A DNA stretch of 63,637 nt, counting the filler, from Bigelowiella natans CCMP2755 (lineage: Eukaryota; Protista; Cercozoa): the NCBI GenBank assembly GCA_000320545.1. It is 3 parts of 3 records of this genome, joined end to end, with 100 filler letters (N's around TTAATTAATTAA, not from the genome) between each part and the next. Parts side by side here need not be neighbours in the genome. Positions count along the whole stretch, not along the records: positions 26,492 to 57,817 come from ADNK01003416.1; 2 more parts are not named here. One strand, 5' to 3'. The notes below the pieces were generated by a model that had not been told where the DNA came from, did no database searches, and saw only the letters and a list, made by a program, of their open reading frames with translations. The first letter of the stretch is position 1, and each line of letters opens with the position of its first letter. Positions 38,064 through 49,696 of the stretch are shown here, in pieces. The position numbers and the translations under genes are program-made.

Positions 38064-41000
38064 TTTTGTGTGTGTGTGTGTGTGTGTGTGTATAATATTT
38101 ACTTGTTGAATACCATTTATTTCCCAGCCCCATCTGAATTAGGCTGCAACGTTGCCTATTTTTTGTGCAAATGTAATTTTCCATCCCCGCCCCCTCCTCC
38201 TCTTCCTCCTCCTCCTTTTATCCCAGCTTGGTGCCGCCATTCGTCTGCCGCATCCCAAATGCCAAAGGGGGGCATCGTTCGCAGTCAGTGCTGAAGTGGC
38301 TGAAGCACATGTGTGGGGCGATGACGGCGCCAGACGCCAAGGAGGGCGTTCGTTGCAGCATCAGCGAGGCGATTGGCAAGCTGTTCTGCATCTACGCCAA
38401 CCCAGATTGCACGCTGGAGCACATTGTCCACGTGGCTCGGTATCTTGACGACCAACACGACGGGGGGACGCGGACATCTCAGACCATAGGTAAAATCCAA
38501 CGCCGCGTCCTCATATTACGGTTCTCTTCCAAGAGAGCAAAACCTTCCTCGCGATGGCCTCGTATCACTCTCACTCTCTTTGCTCTCTTTTCCCCCTTTT
38601 TCTTCTCCCAGTCTGCAGGAAGTGCTTGGCCACGGTCGCGCGCGAGGAGGCATCGCTAGGCCTGCAGCGCCAGGGCCAGACCGTCGTGTCCCCGAGCAAA
38701 AAGACGACGACGCTGCCATTCCTGCCTGCCCCCAACGTGTTCGTGCCGTTCGACATCTGCGCGTCGCTGGTCCGATATGCCATGGAAAAGGAGGGGTCCG
38801 CCAGGGTCAAGGTAGCGCTCATCCCGAGCCTCTTTCGCGCCTTCCGGCACGTGGACCCCGCTGAGATGCGCAGGAATAAGACGGCTCTCGCCCAGTTCTG
38901 CGTCGCGACCCTCACCAGCCGAAACCGCGACGTGCGGACAGCCGCGAGCGAGAGCATATCCCTGCTGATTGTGGCGGGGGATGGCCGAGCTGGTGGCAGC
39001 GACGAGGCGGATGCACAAGAGGACGCAGACGATAAGGCGGCAGCGTCGACCCGGAGAAGAAAGAAGAGAAGCGGGATGAGGAGAGGGAAGGAGGAGAGGA
39101 CGGCGTTTAGAATGAGGAGGAGGAGAAGGCGGCAGCTGCCGAGCCCAATTGAGACCATATTTGGCCCCGACGACAACGGCAGCAGCAGCAGCAGCAGCAG
39201 CAGTGGCGGCGTGAAGGCGAATGAAGATTTCGATGGGGAGGAGGTGAACGGAAACGACGAGGAGGACGGGCAGCTGGAGCGCTGTGTGGGGCATCTTATC
39301 AAGCAACTTGACGAACGCTGTCGCGCACTATCAACGGCAGCCGACTCATCTATTGCTGGCGACAGCAAGCAAGCGTCCTCCTCCTCCTCCTCATCATCAT
39401 CATCAATATCGCCTACACCTCCTTCTTTCGCTGTCGAGGAGCGGTGCCCCCATCACCCGGAAATACTGGAGACGATCCTCGTCGCGGTGGGGACCCTGGG
39501 CACGGCCGTGAAGGTCGACAGCGGCACGGCCTTCTCGCTGCTGAAGATCCTCGTGAACAACATGCTGCACACGAGCTTCGACATCCGCGCAGTCGCGTTT
39601 CGCCAGATAGGCAGCATCTCCAGCGCGCACAACATGACGGATGCTCAGGTCTAGTGGGTGGGGGTGGGAGTCTACTGACTACTGGTGCCGTTTGGGTGTT
39701 CGTGGGCGCTTGCTCCCCATTTTTTATTGGTTTTTCGCTTCGTGCTGCGATTTGTTTGTGCAGGTGATGGGCGTGCATAAGAGGAGCCTATATCTGCACC
39801 TTCTCGAAAGCCTGCCCGAGCACCCCATGATCGTTGACGAGACGTGCCGTGCCTTCCTGGGAAAGTCCAACGTCAAAAGGTGGTGGTGGTGGTGGTGGTG
39901 GTGATTGCGCGTTAAATCCAGAAAGGAAGGAAGGGAAAGAGACACAAAAAGCATAAGAGTAGGAGAAGAGACTCCCATACAATACACTTTCAAAACATTC
40001 TTCCTCCTCCTCCTCTTCTTCTTCTTCTTCTGATTCACATTCATACGGTAATAATCATCATCCTCAGGTTTATCTTCGAGGAGGCCCTGCCGGAGGTGAT
40101 AGGGCTTCTGATTGTCCGCGAGTCGGAGGCCGCTCTGAACATGTGCGCCCAGATGCTCGACATGTCCCTCGAGAACCTGACGATGGAGTACCAGCACCAG
40201 ATTCTCTCGCACGTCCTCACGCTGAAGAGGCAAACGCAGGACCGCAGCTGCCGATTTCTCCAGAAGGTTTTTATGTTTGTTGTCGTAGCCACATTACCGT
40301 CGCGCACCACGTTTCCTGATTCCGTTTCGAACGTCGGAGCAACACAACTAACCCAGCTTGCTGCTGCACTTGAACTCACTTTCCCTCCCAGATGGCGGGG
40401 GGCACCGCGTTCTCGCTGGCCGAGATGGTGGCCGGATGCCTCGCAGATCTGGTCGAGCAGCTCGTGTGGAAGCTGGGGTCTGAATACGAAGAGAGCGACA
40501 ATGCGAAGAGGGGCCTCGCGGTTGTCATGGAACTGAGCGACTTCCAGCATCCCGCCGATGCCAGGCAAGGAGAAGCGCGCAATACGAAGCCAGCTTTAAG
40601 AATATGAAAAACAAATGTCCATCCCTTCCCTTTTGCAGCAATAGATAGAGCTATGCGAACCCTCCCCTCCCAAAATATAGCACATGCGAGCATTCAGAGC
40701 GCGTAGCGTCATCGCACGCACATCCTGATCTTGTCGTTTGTCCCCCCTTTATCCTTGCACCAATAACACAGCCCAAGCGAGCGGCTGGGGCATTTCCTGG
40801 CGAGCAACTTCCTGCGTGCGTTCGATAGCATCGTGCTTGCAATGGATCGACTCGTCCGGAGAAACGAGGGGGGGAAGAGAGAGCTGCAGCATGCGTTAAG
40901 GAGTCTCGAGGGGCTCATATGCCTCACCGGAAGTCGCCTTAACAGCTTCATTCATAAAGTTATGGCTGCGCTGAAGATCTTCCTAGAGAACGAAAGCCTT

Positions 41001-41281
41001 CGTGCGGGTGGGTTTATTCTTTTGATGGGAAAAAAAGAAGAGAGAAAGCTGACGATGACCCTCTATCTCAATGGAGATCGTTAAATGGGCGGGGAAAGAG
41101 AGAGAGAAAGAGAGTGAAGTGTACCGCAGCCGACGATGCAGGATTATCTGTCATCGTAGCGATAAAGAAGGGTAGGAAGAAGGCAGAGTGGGAGAGGAGA
41201 ATGATAACAAAGCGGTGTGTGTGTGTGTGTGTGTGCGTGTGCGTGTGTGTGTGTTTTGCACAGAATGATAGAACTACGAAT

Positions 41282-41361
<80 letters not shown>

Positions 41362-41427
41362 TTTCACAAGGACACAAACACACAGCCCGTCACTCCCACC
41401 ACCGTCCTGTGACAGATACCGAACACT

Positions 41428-41459
<32 letters not shown>

Positions 41460-44400
41460 GTACTTGGACGTGCGCAGCGTCTTGGAGCAGAACATGCGTC
41501 TGATGAAGAAGGAGAGCAGCAACGTTCGCTTCCAGGCGGTGTCCGTGATCAAAACCACCATAAAGCGCAACCCGAAATCGCTGCTCTCGCTCATGGGCGA
41601 CAGCAGCAGCGGTGGCATCCTGGCCCGCCTCTTGACGGCGCTCCTTACCCACTGCATGGATCCCAACCAGCGCGTCCGGCTGGCGTCCTGCGAGTGCATA
41701 GGGGAGGTGGGGGCGCTCGACCCGGGCACCTTCGCCGTCTCGCTGTCCTCCTCCAAGACGCGCATCGCCGACGACGACAGGCTGGCTCGGTTTCTGATCT
41801 GCGACAAGCTCATAAAGTCGGTCAAGGCCGCGACCAACACCAGCGCGATGAACAAGACGCTGTACGCGATCCAGGAGCTGCTCAAGTTCTGCGGCTGCGA
41901 CGCTGACACGCCCACGCTCCACGTCGACCTGCAGAATGGGGGGGCGGAGAGGAAGGCGAAACGGAGAGGCGCGGCGGAGCTCCTCCCCGCGCAGCGACGC
42001 GGGGTGGAGAACTGGGACCATTTTCCTCCGGACATTCGCACGCTCATCACGCCCTGCCTCAGCTCAAGATACTCCCTGCAGATCGAGCCGCCCCTGAACA
42101 ACATCACCAACAGCATCGCGGCCAGCCAGCATCAATCTGCTTCCTCCGCCGCCATTCCTGGTCCAGTGTCCCCCTCGCAAGCCTTCCGTTCTGCCGTCCC
42201 TCACGGCGTCAACTCCTCCTCCCCCCAAATGAGCCAGGCTGTGATCACGACAAAGAAGACCAAGGCAAGAACGAATGCGAGGGGCAAGCGAGGAGGAAGG
42301 GGTGCTGGGGAGGGAGGCGCGCCGTCTCAAATACTTTACAGGCCGGACAAGAAGCTGCGGCACTGGCTCGCACAGTGGACAAGACATCTGATAACGCGCT
42401 CGACGGGGGCAAGGGCCAAGATCTTCCAAGCCTGCCGCGGGGTCGTTACTTGAGAATACTCTTGCCTGTGCTCGTGTGTGTGGGGGGGGGGGGGGGGAGA
42501 AGAGAGAAAGAGAGAGAGGACGGGGAGAGGGGGAAGGGGGGTTAGGAATTGGACATGTGAACGGAAAAAAGCCCACACTGCCACCACCATTATCGGCAGA
42601 TAGTTCTCAAAAATGGGATATCAGAATTCAATCGGAAACACCTATGATTTATTTGTCCTGTGTGCCGTATAGCGGGACGAATTCCTAGCTGTCTTTGAGA
42701 TCCATAAATATTCTCGAGAGTGCTCCCCTCCGCTCCTCCTCCTCTTACTACTACTACTACTACTACTACTACTATCACTCCTACCAACATCGCTCTCCGA
42801 GCACGGGATTAGCCATGATATCTTTTGACACAAGACGGCAAAACCATACAGACATAAGTACAAAAATAACATGTAATACATACGTATCGGATGATTCATC
42901 TCAGGTCGTCAAGACCGAGGTGACCATGGCCAAGTTCCTGCTGCCGTACCTGGTCGAGAACGTGCTCCACCACGGCAGCGAGGAGGACCTGCAGTGCGTC
43001 ATCAACGAGATCCTCGCGGTCCTCGAGAACAAGCACGCCAAAGCCGACAGCACGCAGGCCGTGTTCGAGCTGCTAGATCTGCTGGCGGAGTGGACGTTGA
43101 CTGCTGATTCGGAGCCAGCCAGTGGTAGTAGTCATATCAAACAACCACCCCCCCGCCGAACTCGGCGTGGTGACGCAGCAGCAGTGGCGGCGGCGAAAGC
43201 CAATCGGAATACTGCAACGAGAGGGAGGAGGACGCGGGGGTCCTCCTCCTCCTCCTCCTCCTTCTCGTCCTCCTCCGCCTCCTCCTCCAACAAGTGGCGC
43301 ATTCTCAAGGAGAACCTCCTCGACGCCATCCCGATGAGGACCCTCGGGGTGGCAGCCCTGCGCTGCAACGCGCTCACACGGGCCCTCAAGTACTTCGAGA
43401 TGCACCTCCGCAACTCCCTCCACTTCCTCCGAGACCGGGAGCGGGGAGGGGGGGGGGCGGCCAAAGCGGGCGGCGGGGAGAAGAGGAAGGGCAGGCGGGG
43501 CAACAGTACAGCCAACGGCAACGGAGACGACAGCAGCAGCGATGAGCTCATGGCTGATCGCAACAGTGAAAGGCAGAACGACGGGGCAATACCTTCCTAC
43601 TCGCTTGCGCCCTCATCCCATTTCCACGGGGAAGATCTGAAAGAGTTCCAGCTCATTTACGCTGGGCTGGGAGAGTCGGACGGAATGGAAGGCATCGCCG
43701 CGCTCCGGACAACGACCTCGATCAAGGAGGCCATCCGGGACCACGAGAGCAACGGCGAGTGGGCGGTCAGTGAGCATTGCTTAGGGGTTAGGGGTGTGAG
43801 AGGGGGGGGGGGGGGGAGAGCGTGGTGTCAAGATGATCGCGCTTTCTTGGGAGCACAATCATACGGCACACACCGACATATATGTATATGCACATCTCAT
43901 ATATGTATTATGTATAAAATATAATATGAATATAGTTCGCTCTGTACATCCTCCTCCCAAACACCACATACGACTTACACACCCTCCAGGAAGCCTTGAC
44001 CGGCTACGAGCAGGCCCTGCAGATGAGCTCAAAGCTGGAGTGCCACCTCGGAATCGTGAAGAGCCAGCTCAAGCTCGGCAATCCGACCCAGGCTCTGACA
44101 CACGTGCAAGGAGCGATGCCGGCGTTCGTTGGCTCGGAGCAGTACCAGCCCCTCGCCGCGTATGGCGTCGCGGCAGCGTGGCGCTTGCAGGAATGGCGTC
44201 TCCTGGAGAACTTCCTCACCACCATCCCCCCGGTCAGCCGGCTTGCGCTAGGGCGAGGTAGAAACGGCTGGATGTCCTCCTCTTCCTCCTCCTCTCTATC
44301 CTCCGCCTCTCACCGCGGAAGAGCGGCGGCAGTGGCGGCGACTGGGCTGTCGTTGACCGGGGACCCCGAGCTCGATTTCGAGGTGTCCGTCGGCCGCATT

Positions 44401-45333
44401 CTCCTCGCCATCAATGGCGGCAACGAAGGCATCCAGGTTAGCGGGCTCATGGCCCGAGCGAGGAAGGAGGTGCTGCAGGGACTCTCAGCTGCAAGCCAGG
44501 AGAGCTACCAGCGCGCGTACGTCATCATGTCGTTGTTGTTGTTGTTGTTGTTCATTTCTTCCAATCATCGCTGCTGCACCCATTCCCCCCCCCCGTCATC
44601 TCGTCAGCAGCGTAGTGTCGGCGACTATTTCTACATCTAAAGAACTCTTCTCCTCACCCCTCCCCGCCCCACTACACAGGTACCCATTCATCTGCAGGCT
44701 GCATGCTCTTGGCGATCTCGAGCATGGGCACGCATTGGTGAAGATCCATGCCAACAATCACACAAATGGCAGTCGATCTACCAGCAGCTCCGACAGCAAG
44801 CTCTGGGACGAGCGGCAGTCCTTCTGGAAGCAGCGCCTGGAGGCCACCCGCCCCTCCTTCCAGATCCGCGAGCTGATGCTCTCGATCAACTTTGTGCTGT
44901 GCTCCATTTACATTAGGAAGGGAGAAGGACGGGGGGGGGGGGACGCGAAGGAGGAGGCAAATCTCAAGCTGAGTAGGTAGTGTGCTTCATAGCAAGGAAA
45001 AGTAGGAAATAATCATCATTTGCTATCACGCCCATCACTCCTGGAATGTTGTCATCGTTAAGTCGTGTAAACAGCCTGCATCATCACCATTATCATTATA
45101 ACTGTTTCACATCGCAGGTGCTGGCTGCAGCTTGCGCAGGAGGCCCGCTCCCAAAGGCAGTATGAGTACGCGACCGGCGCGCTGCTCCAAGCGAAGCGAT
45201 ATGAGGGCGGGGGAGGGATTTCCCCTGACTTCGGCAGTATCTCTTCTATTGACATCGAGCGGGCTATTCTGCTCAAGAGCAAGGGCCACGTGCAGAAGGC
45301 GCTAAAGTCGTACATTCGTGCTGCGTCTTTCTC

Positions 45334-45385
<52 letters not shown>

Positions 45386-47984
45386 TGTGATGTTGAACTT
45401 CCGCTCTGCGATGCTAACCCTTTCTCCTCCTCCTGCTCCACCTCCTACAACAACAACCTCCTACTCACTGCCCGCTGCTAATAACGGCTACTACATATCC
45501 CGCCACCGCCGCTAGGTTCCTCGAAGAGTACTCAAAGCAGCGCGCCGAGAGCTCTCCCTCCTCCACCTCCTCCTCCTCCTTCGGCAGCAGGGGCATGCAC
45601 GGGTACGGCGGCCGCCTCAACACGCTCTCCGCTCCGCTCCCTGATGAGAGCGAGAACGAGCGCAAGGCCGCCTTGTACCTCTTGCTGGGGGAGTGGATGC
45701 AGGAGTCCGGGGCGCGTAAGGCTGAGGACGTCACCCGCTACTTCAAGAAGGCGCAGAGCCTCGTGCCCAAGTGGGAGAAAGCCCACTTCGTGCTCGGGAA
45801 GTTCTACGACAAGCTCAGGCAGACCGCGTCCAAGCGCATCAGGGGAGGGGGGGGGGGGGGGGTGGTTCGTCGTCCGCGGGTGGGGGGGAGGAGGGGGAGG
45901 TGGGCAGCTATCGGCATCAGCTTCATCGGGGGGGGGCGGGGCAAAGCAAGATGGCGACGGTCGCGACGACTACACTACACCTAGTCACTATCTTGAGGCA
46001 CTACGCAAACTCCCTCATCGAAGGGCATCAATTCATCTTCCAGTCTCTACCGCGCATGCTCACGGTCTGGTTCGAGTTCATGGAGGAAGCCGGTACGAAC
46101 GAGAGTGTTAGCCACAGAGCGAGCAGCGCTTGGGCTGCTTCAGACCCCCCCCCCCCGTGCGTGTCGTCATCGCCACCGCCACTACCATTTGTGCCTCTAC
46201 ATTCTTCCTTTTTCCCGAAAAAGGATGTCACCCACCTCCGCATGTTTCTGCAGCAGGAATCTTGCTGGGAAGCACGCGTGCGTGGCGGCGATAGTGTGTG
46301 ATATTGCACGTTGCGTGTGTTCGTTCGCTCATTTATCCCCCCCCCCCTTACCCCCATCCCCATCCCCATCGCCTTCGTAGGTGGAAAGACGCGCTCCAGC
46401 CGATCATCGAAGGACTGCTCCGAGATGCAGAAGACAGTGGAAGAGACGTCCGAATACATGAAGCAGCTCGTCGGGGTGCTCAAGGCGTACCAGTGGTTCA
46501 CGGCCCTGCCGCAGATTATCTCGCGCTTTAACCACCCGCACCCGAACGTCACCGCGTTCATCCAGGAGGTGATAGCCAGCGTCCTGAAGGAGTACCCCCA
46601 GCAGGCCCTTTGGACGGTGGCGACGATCTACAACTCGACCAAGGTCGAGCGGAGGAACAAGGCGCGGAAGATGCTCCGCTACGCGGTGCGGGACGACCCC
46701 CCGAGCAAGGCGATGATCGTCGACAACCTGCGCGTCTTCGAGCTGCTCATCAAGGTGTGCAACACCAAGATCCCCAAGAACCAGGGCAACGTGGTCAGGA
46801 TGTCGAGGCGATTCGAGGAGCTCAAGAGGCTGCGGCACACAAAGGTCCTCATCCCCATCCAATCCAACCTCACGGCGGTGCTGCCGGCCAACGGGCGCAG
46901 CCAGGACAACTACAACGCCTTCCCCAGCGCGTCGGTGACCATCCTCGAGTTCGAGGACGAGATCGAGGTAATGCCGTCCAAGGAGCGGCCGATGAAGATC
47001 AAGATGATGGGTAGCGACGGGCAGCGCTATCTGTTCCTCTGCAAGCGCGAGGAGAGGGGCGACATGAGGAAGAACTCGCGCCTGATGGAGTTCAATACGG
47101 TCGTGAATCGGCTCCTGCTGAACACGCCCGAGTCGCGCAAGCGGAACCTGAAGCTGCGGACCTTCGCCGTCCTGCCGCTGACGGAGGAGTGCGGGCTGAT
47201 TGAGTGGGTGAACCACACCTGCTGCTTCCGCCACGTCGTGCACGAGCTCCACATGGAGGACGGCATCTTCTTCGTCTTCCGGAGCGACATGAAGGCTTGG
47301 AACAAGCGCCCCAGCAACAAGCTGCAGGTCTTCCGGCAGTTCTGCAGGAAGTACCCGGCGGTCTTCCACCGCTGGTTCTACCGCGGGTTCGCCGAGCCGA
47401 CCGCGTGGTTTGAGAGCCGCCTGCGCTACGTGCGCTCGGTGGCCGTCTGGTCGATGGTCGGCTACGTCGTCGGGCTCGGGGACCGGCACGGGGAGAACAT
47501 CCTGCTGGACAAGCTGAGCGGCGAGGTGGTGCACGTCGACTTCGACTGCCTCTTTGACAGGGGGAAGACCCTCGAGATCCCGGAGCGCGTGCCGTTCCGG
47601 CTGACGCAGAACGTGGTGGACGGCTTCGGCGTCACCGGCTGCAGCGGCACGTTCCAGAGGAGCTGCGAGAGCATCCTGGGCGTGCTCCGGGACCACAAGG
47701 ACGCGCTGATGAACGTGCTGTATTCGTTCGTGCACGACCCCCTCGTCGAGTGGAAGGAGAAGAAGTCGGATCGAAACGCGAGGGCGAAGGTGATCATGAA
47801 CAGCATTGAGACTAGGCTGCGCGGCCAGCTTAACAAAGAGCCCGACCACCACCACGGCGGGTCTCGGACGTCGCTCATCGAGCTTCCGCTGTCCGTCCAG
47901 GGCCAGGTCCAACAGCTCATCGAAGACGCGACAAGCGAAGATAATCTCTCGCAAATGTACATAGGATGGATGCCATGGTTGTAG
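35725..47984 (+). CDS. ATR: Serine/threonine PIKK kinase ATR (Mec1/Rad3), multi-exon: HEAT/UME, FAT, kinase and FATC domains
   Basis: ECIGEVGALDPG; ALRCNALTRALKYFE; WEKAHFVLGKFYD; HQFIFQSLPRMLTVW; WFTALPQIISRFNHP; kinase segments SKERPMKI..GSDG and YVVGLGDRHGENILLD..VHVDFDCLF; FATC LPLSVQGQVQQLIEDATSEDNLSQMYIGWMPWL*. Confidence 0.95.
38009..38090. repeat. Compound (TA)n-(TG)n microsatellite in an ATR intron; representative of dozens of (TA)n, (CA)n, (GA)n, trinucleotide and poly-G/C tracts in introns
   Basis: Read directly; similar tracts recur in introns of GPN2, TTC4, ATR, UTP15, the APC permease and BT1. Confidence 0.95.
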
Positions 47985-47989
47985 GCAGG

Positions 47990-49000
47990 GAGCAGTGATG
48001 GGCGTCGTCTGCAGTCCAGAATGAGCAGCTGCTAGTTAGTTAGTTCGTTAGCCCAAATGGGCAACGGATGGGTACGCATGTTTGTTCCAGTGCTGCCTGC
48101 ATGGCATGTGCGTGTTCATTGGAAGTGTTAATATTTCATACAAACAGCATCACGCAACAGCAGCATCGCAGCATCCGACATCATTGCTAGATTGTTTGGT
48201 CATCAGTAACATCGCTACTGGATTGCTTTGCACCTTTCTAGCTTTAGATGTCCGCTAGCGCGGACAAAAATGCAGATAGATGCGACAATGTGAAAGCAGT
48301 CGTGTCGTGGAAAGGCGCACGAGTTTCGTTTTACATCGGGAAAGATTCATATCCGCCGCTGAGCAATGGCTTCAAATTCGCATTGTGCCTCGATGCGTGC
48401 TATGCAGGCTAGCAGGCCAATGTCCGCTGTGGAATGATGAGCTGTTTGAGTTCCTATTGTCTGTTAACTGGCTCGCATAGCTAGATAGAGACTAGAGAGA
48501 GCTTACACCTAACCACATTGCAGCATGCTATCTAGCTATCTAGCTATGTGTAAACAATTCTAGAATTGCCTCGTCAGCGCGGCTTCAAGCCATTCTAGCA
48601 TTCTATGTGCCATATATTTGTGTTTAGAGGTTGGCCTATCTAGCTATGCATGAGGCTCCTCTAGCTAGCTAGCTCTATATATCTCATTCTAGCATTGCGT
48701 TGGGTGCTGCATGTTCTCACGTGCAAAGCATTTTTTTGCGTGGAAAGTGCACATCTGTATACCATGCTAGCATGCAGCGCAGTGCGGTGTGTCATGTGCA
48801 TGCTAGCATGCAATATTAATCCCACCAGCTAAGCATTCAATCTGTCACAACTTGTTCGTTCCGCGACGCTGCCCACGCATCATTGATCCTAATTTACACG
48901 CTAGCGCGGCTTCGTCGCGATTTCATGACAAAGATGCACAAACAAGCAAGCGCATCTATTCGTTTGGATGAGTTCGATGTGCGCAAAATGAGTGCTACAT
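47990..49000. other. Palindrome-rich 3'-intergenic island 7 (convergent ATR / UTP15)
   Basis: catgctagcatg at 48763, the 16-bp palindrome tgcatgctagcatgca at 48797-48812, ctagctagctagc at 48661; about 14 CTAG by eye in 48481-48905. Confidence 0.82.
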
Positions 49001-49002
49001 CA

Positions 49003-49646
49003 CTAACTCGGTGCTCCGTTTGACACTAGAAGCTCGATGGTCGCAGCAATCTTCAGCATAGATTCCTGGAGCTGGATCTCCTCCGATATCTGATCTTTCA
49101 GCTTCACCATCAAGTCGTCAATTATTGGCGATTGGCGGCAGACAGCGCCGTACAGGTTTACGATTTGGTGGGCCGTCTCCACCAAAGTTCTCGTATAGTG
49201 AGGATTCACAATATGCTTCAGGACAAACGCCAGCACCGGCAGCAGCTCTTGGTCGTCCCTTCCCCCGAGGGCATTTTTCAACGCGTTCCGCTGCAATGTG
49301 ATAGGAAACAGAAAGGGGTCGGATTGGTGAGTGGCGTCAACGAACCTGGAGCGCTGTATTAAAATCGGGGAGGGGAAACTTACTCGCATGAGCTCCTCCA
49401 CGACGGAAACAACAACTACTGGGTGCCCGGACCGCAAGGCGGCGTCCAGAGCTCTATTGTACTCGAACTTGCGGAGGAACACGTCGTAGGGCTGCAGCTT
49501 CTTCTTCTTCCGGTTCATGATCAAGATGTCTCGCTCCCCGGGCTGGTACTTCACGCCCCTGTTATAATACCTGTCCAAAGGCAACAAATGCCGGGTCATT
49601 ATTTGAGGCTGCACGCGCCAGGATTATGGATAAGAAATATAAATAT

Positions 49647-49696
<50 letters not shown>

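Noticed and set aside
46404-47954. 516-aa antisense ORF and other long ORFs overlapping ATR (e.g. 41068..42021, 38571..39368)
   Set aside because: Shadow frames caused by extreme GC3, which removes antisense stop codons; no recognisable protein motifs.
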